64,000 nt of DNA from the human T2T-CHM13v2.0 reference genome, Homo sapiens. Below are positions 58,348 through 64,000 of this stretch, piece by piece; position 1 is the stretch's first letter; every line of letters begins with the position of its first letter. The DNA lies in the NCBI RefSeq assembly GCF_009914755.1, contig NC_060933.1; one strand, given 5' to 3'. A model generated the notes under the pieces. It did not search any database. It worked only from the letters and a program-made list of their open reading frames with translations, and was not told where the DNA came from. The position numbers were made by a program, and so were the translations under genes.

Positions 58348-60292
58348 CTAAAGAAGAGTCAAGATCCCTAGGCTCATGAAATTTGTGTTCCTTGGAAGAT
58401 AGGGACTAACAAACAACAAAAACAACCCTAGTAAATAACAAATGGGTCAATTTCAGATCTTGATAAATGTTATGGAGAGAAGAAAATAGGGTAACGTGAC
58501 AAAGTAACTGGTGGCTGGTCGTCGAGGGAGGACTATGAAGATGTACATCTGAATTGGGAGATGAATGACAAGGGTCAGTCATGTAATGGTCTTGAGACAG
58601 CATGGTCCATAGGGATCCAAAATAACTATTTTCCATTCTACATTAAGAAAAAACAAAAACATTGGGGAAAGATATTTCATTCAATCTGTTTCTATGAGAC
58701 TGAACAAGTCTTAATGGCTGAATGAAGATTGATGGTACACAATGGCTCTCAGACTGAAGAAGATTTCTTTACAAAGTTTTAATAAACCAGGATTTTCTAT
58801 AAAATGGAATGCCCTTCCTGCCACTGGAGCCTGGAGCCATTCAATTTAGATGGGTTTCCAAAAGACTGGTTAACATTTCCCTGGAAATGACAGGAAGGAA
58901 AGTCAGACAGTGAAGGACTCAGCAGGGAGGAAAGACTGAGCAAAGGAACTTGCTGCAGTGCTGGACTTGAACTCCTTGGCTGCATGACTCATTTAAAGCA
59001 CCCAAGGTTTTGTCAAGGGAAGGTAGTGGTGAATAGACGGGAGAAGAGTCCACTGGACATCTGCGATAAACTAGCTGCCAGGAAAAATTGTCAAAACATC
59101 CAGAGTATTAGCAAAGGGTCAGGGGCTTCTGTTCTGGACACATCCAGAAAAATAAATAGCTTTGGATCTTGTTGGGTGAAGTTGGAAGAAAAGAGGATTA
59201 TGCTCTCTAATGGAAGGCGCAATCCCGGAGAGCTTTAAAACCCAGGGAAAGGAGACATTGAAAGGCAAACTCTCTCTGGAGAATGGAGCAAGAACAGCCT
59301 AAGGTCATCTTAGCTCCTTCACCAAGACACTACAGTGGGGTCTGCAGTAGGAACATGATGCCTGCTCACAGTGTGACCTAGAAAAACCCGGCTCCTCTGT
59401 TCATCTGGCCCGTGTTTCCCTCTGGGTCACTAGGAGCCTGCCTCTCCCCCAGGTGCGTTCTTCTTCATGGAGGAGTCTTGGAGACCTCTCCTGCCCTTCC
59501 CCTTCAACAGCCGACAGCACAGGGCCAGATGCTGCCCACCCATCTTTGAAAAACCTGGACATTCTCCTGACTGTCATCAACAAGTGAAAGGACTCATTCT
59601 GGAGTAAGGGAAAGAGGATGAGATTTAGGATTAGGGAAACTGGGTTTGGATCTTGACTTTTCTTTGGCTGAGACTCTTTCACAGAGTTTCGATAAATCAG
59701 GATTTATTGAAGTGAAGTGCATGTCTCACTACCATGTAACCTAACTGAGACCTTCTGGCTGACCCAGCAAATTCCTTCTCATCTGCCAGTGGGCTACAGC
59801 CACTGTCTTTGTCCCTGTGATTCTTTTGTGGATCCCTTTCAAAACCTTATTTTGTGACCCGCTTGCTGCCTGATGATCACATTTGGTAATATCCTTCTCC
59901 TTAGGAGCAACTTTGACCCCTAACGACGTGGCAAACCTTGTCCTATGCATTCAATAAGACAGACCTGTTAGATAACTACTTCATAAATCTAAATGTTGAA
60001 CAGGAGACACATCGTTTGGGGTAGCATATAAGAAGCAGGCTAGAGTTGCTACTTAAAATCAAATATCAAATTCTAAGCAGTTGCCAGGGATTGGCGTGCT
60101 GGATAAAATGTGGATTCTTGGCAAGCAGAATTAGGCTCTCTTCTTGTAGCAGATGCCTCTCATGTCCCACATCACGTTCCATTGGCCCATCTCTGATTTC
60201 ATCTCTAGTTTCAGTGAGCAGTTCTGGGTAAGCTTGACAATGTTCCACCTCAAGCGCATGCCTGGGCCTTCTCTGATGTCATGTAGCCCACT

Positions 60293-60715
60293 TGTATTAG
60301 TCCATTCTTGCATTGCTATAAAGAAATACCTGAGACTGGGTAATTTATAAAGAAAAAAGGTTTAATTGCTCATGGTTCTGCAGGCTGTACAGGAAGCAAG
60401 ATGCTGGCATCTGCTTGGCTTCTGGGGAGCCCTCAGGAAACTTATAATCATGGTGGAAGGCAAAGCAGGGAGCCAGCACTTCACATGGCTGGGAGCAGGG
60501 GCAAGACAGAGAGAGAGGGGCAGTGCTACACAGTTTTAAACAATCAGATCTTGTGAGAACTCACCGTAGTGAGAACAGCACCAAGGGAGATGGTGCTAAA
60601 CCATTTGTGAGAAAGCACCCGATGATCCAGTCACCTCTCACAGCCCCCACCTTTAACATTGGGGATTACAATTCAACATGAGATTTGTGTGGGGACATAG
60701 ATCCAAACCATATCA
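60293..60715 (-). mobile_element. MSTA-like MaLR LTR
   Basis: tgtattagtccattcttgcattgctataaagaaatacctgagactggg..gatggtgctaaacca..atccaaaccatatca. Confidence 0.88.
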
Positions 60716-60909
60716 CGCTCAACCAGCATGAAAACAGCCTGGCAGTGAGGAGAGGCCAGTGCTCCTAGGACCAGCTCTCAAAGGAAGTGGACGCCTGAAA
60801 ATAAATGCTCCAGAAGCCCTTTGCTCAGATGGGCTATTCTGGGAGCTCTCAGAATCGGGAGGTTTTGGCAGAATCGATCTGTTCCCAGTTGTGGCCTTTC
60901 ATTACCCTG

Positions 60910-61315
60910 TGTGGAAGGGAGAATAATGGATCCCTAAGATGTTCTAATATGAATCCTCAGAACCTGCGAATATGTTAATGGGCAAAGGGATTTTTCAGAT
61001 GTGACTAAATTAAGGATATGGATTATCCAGGTTGGTCCCATGTAATCACAAGAGTCCATTCAAGAAGGAGGCAGGAGGGTCAGAGAAAGAGATGTGACAA
61101 TAGAAACAGAGGTCAGAGTGATGCAGCCATGAGCCAAGGAATGCAAGCAACAAAAGCTGAAAAAGGCAAGGCATGAATTCTTCCTTAAATTCTCCAGAAG
61201 GAAAGCAGCACTGCCATTACCTTGATTTTACCTCCATATATTACTTTCATAGGGCTATTCTAACAAAATGCCACTATATTGTAATTTTTTACAGCAGCAA
61301 TAGAAAACTAATACA
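60910..61315 (+). mobile_element. MLT1D-like LTR (internally deleted)
   Basis: gaataatgg..cagaacctgcgaatatgtta..ccatgagccaaggaatgca..acagcagcaatagaaaactaataca. Confidence 0.8.
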
Positions 61316-61501
61316 TGTCCCAAATAAACTACTGTATATAAGTCCTCTCTGACTCTGCTTTTAGGCGTTCCTGTATGCATATCTTGTTGTATTGAAACTT
61401 TATTGTACTGTACTTTGCAGATATTGCCTTTTTTTATTTTCCAAATTGAAGGTTTGTGGCAATGCTATGTTGGGCAAGTCTATCTATTGGTGCCATTTTT
61501 T

Positions 61502-61563
61502 TGAGACAGGGTGTTGCTATGTTGCCCATGCTGGTCTTGAACTCCAGGACTCAAGTAATCCTT
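61502..61563 (-). mobile_element. 62-bp truncated FLAM/AluJ-left-arm insertion in Tigger1
   Basis: gagacagggtgttgctatgttgcccatgctggtcttgaactcc; TSD gtgccatttttt (61490-61501, 61564-61575). Confidence 0.8.
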
Positions 61564-61886
61564 GTGCCATTTTTTCCACCAGCATGTGCCCACTTTGTGT
61601 CTCTGTGTCATAGTTTGGAAATTCTCCCAACACTTCACTTATTATATCTGTTATGGTGATCTCTGATCAGGGATCTTTGATATTACTATTGTAATTGTTT
61701 TGGGGCACCACAAGCCATGCACATATAAGATGGCAAACTTAATCAATAAACGTTGTGTGTGTTCTGAGTGCTTTACCAACCACTTGTTCCTCTGTCTCTG
61801 TTTCTCTATGTCTCCTTGGGCCTCCCAATTTTCTCAATTTCCTGAGATACAATAATATTGAAATTAGGCCAATTAGTAACCCTACA

Positions 61887-63929
<2,043 letters not shown>

Positions 63930-64000
63930 AGACTCAGATGATTGCTAGCACTTTTTAGTAATAAAGTATTGTTTAATTAGATTATATACTTTTTTTAGCA

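Larger units (their letters stand above)
57355..58590 (-). mobile_element. L2 split by nested MLT1 LTRs
   Basis: ttcattcatttattcattc..aaatattaactgagg (57367-57405); resumes agtcaagatccct..ctcatgaaattt..aatttcagat..tgataaatgttatggagag (58357 onward). Confidence 0.6.

Overview
This is primate, most likely human, nuclear DNA that reads as intronic or intergenic. I found no recognisable cellular protein-coding gene, RNA gene or CpG island. It is dominated by interspersed repeats: about 31 Alu/FLAM/FAM copies, seven L1 pieces (largest a 2.5-kb 5'-truncated L1PA4/5), many MaLR/ERV LTRs (MLT1, MLT2B, MST, MER21, LTR8, MER77), L2/MIR remnants, hAT and Tigger DNA transposon relics including a near-complete Tigger1, and microsatellites. 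Almost all ORFs in the track are Alu, L1, Tigger or simple-repeat translations. The most interesting signal is two tiny exon-like units with well-formed splice signals (21231-21251 and 21465-21512) just upstream of a 290-nt UG/G-rich repeat, an arrangement like TDP-43-repressed cryptic exons. Other signals are two fossil Alu monomers homogenised to 79/82 identity next to an inverted MER21 piece, several templated-insertion repair scars, an old twin-primed L1 inversion, and multi-level nested insertions with readable TSDs. Repeat family and subfamily names come from memory of the consensus sequences, not from a search. Boundaries without a TSD are approximate.
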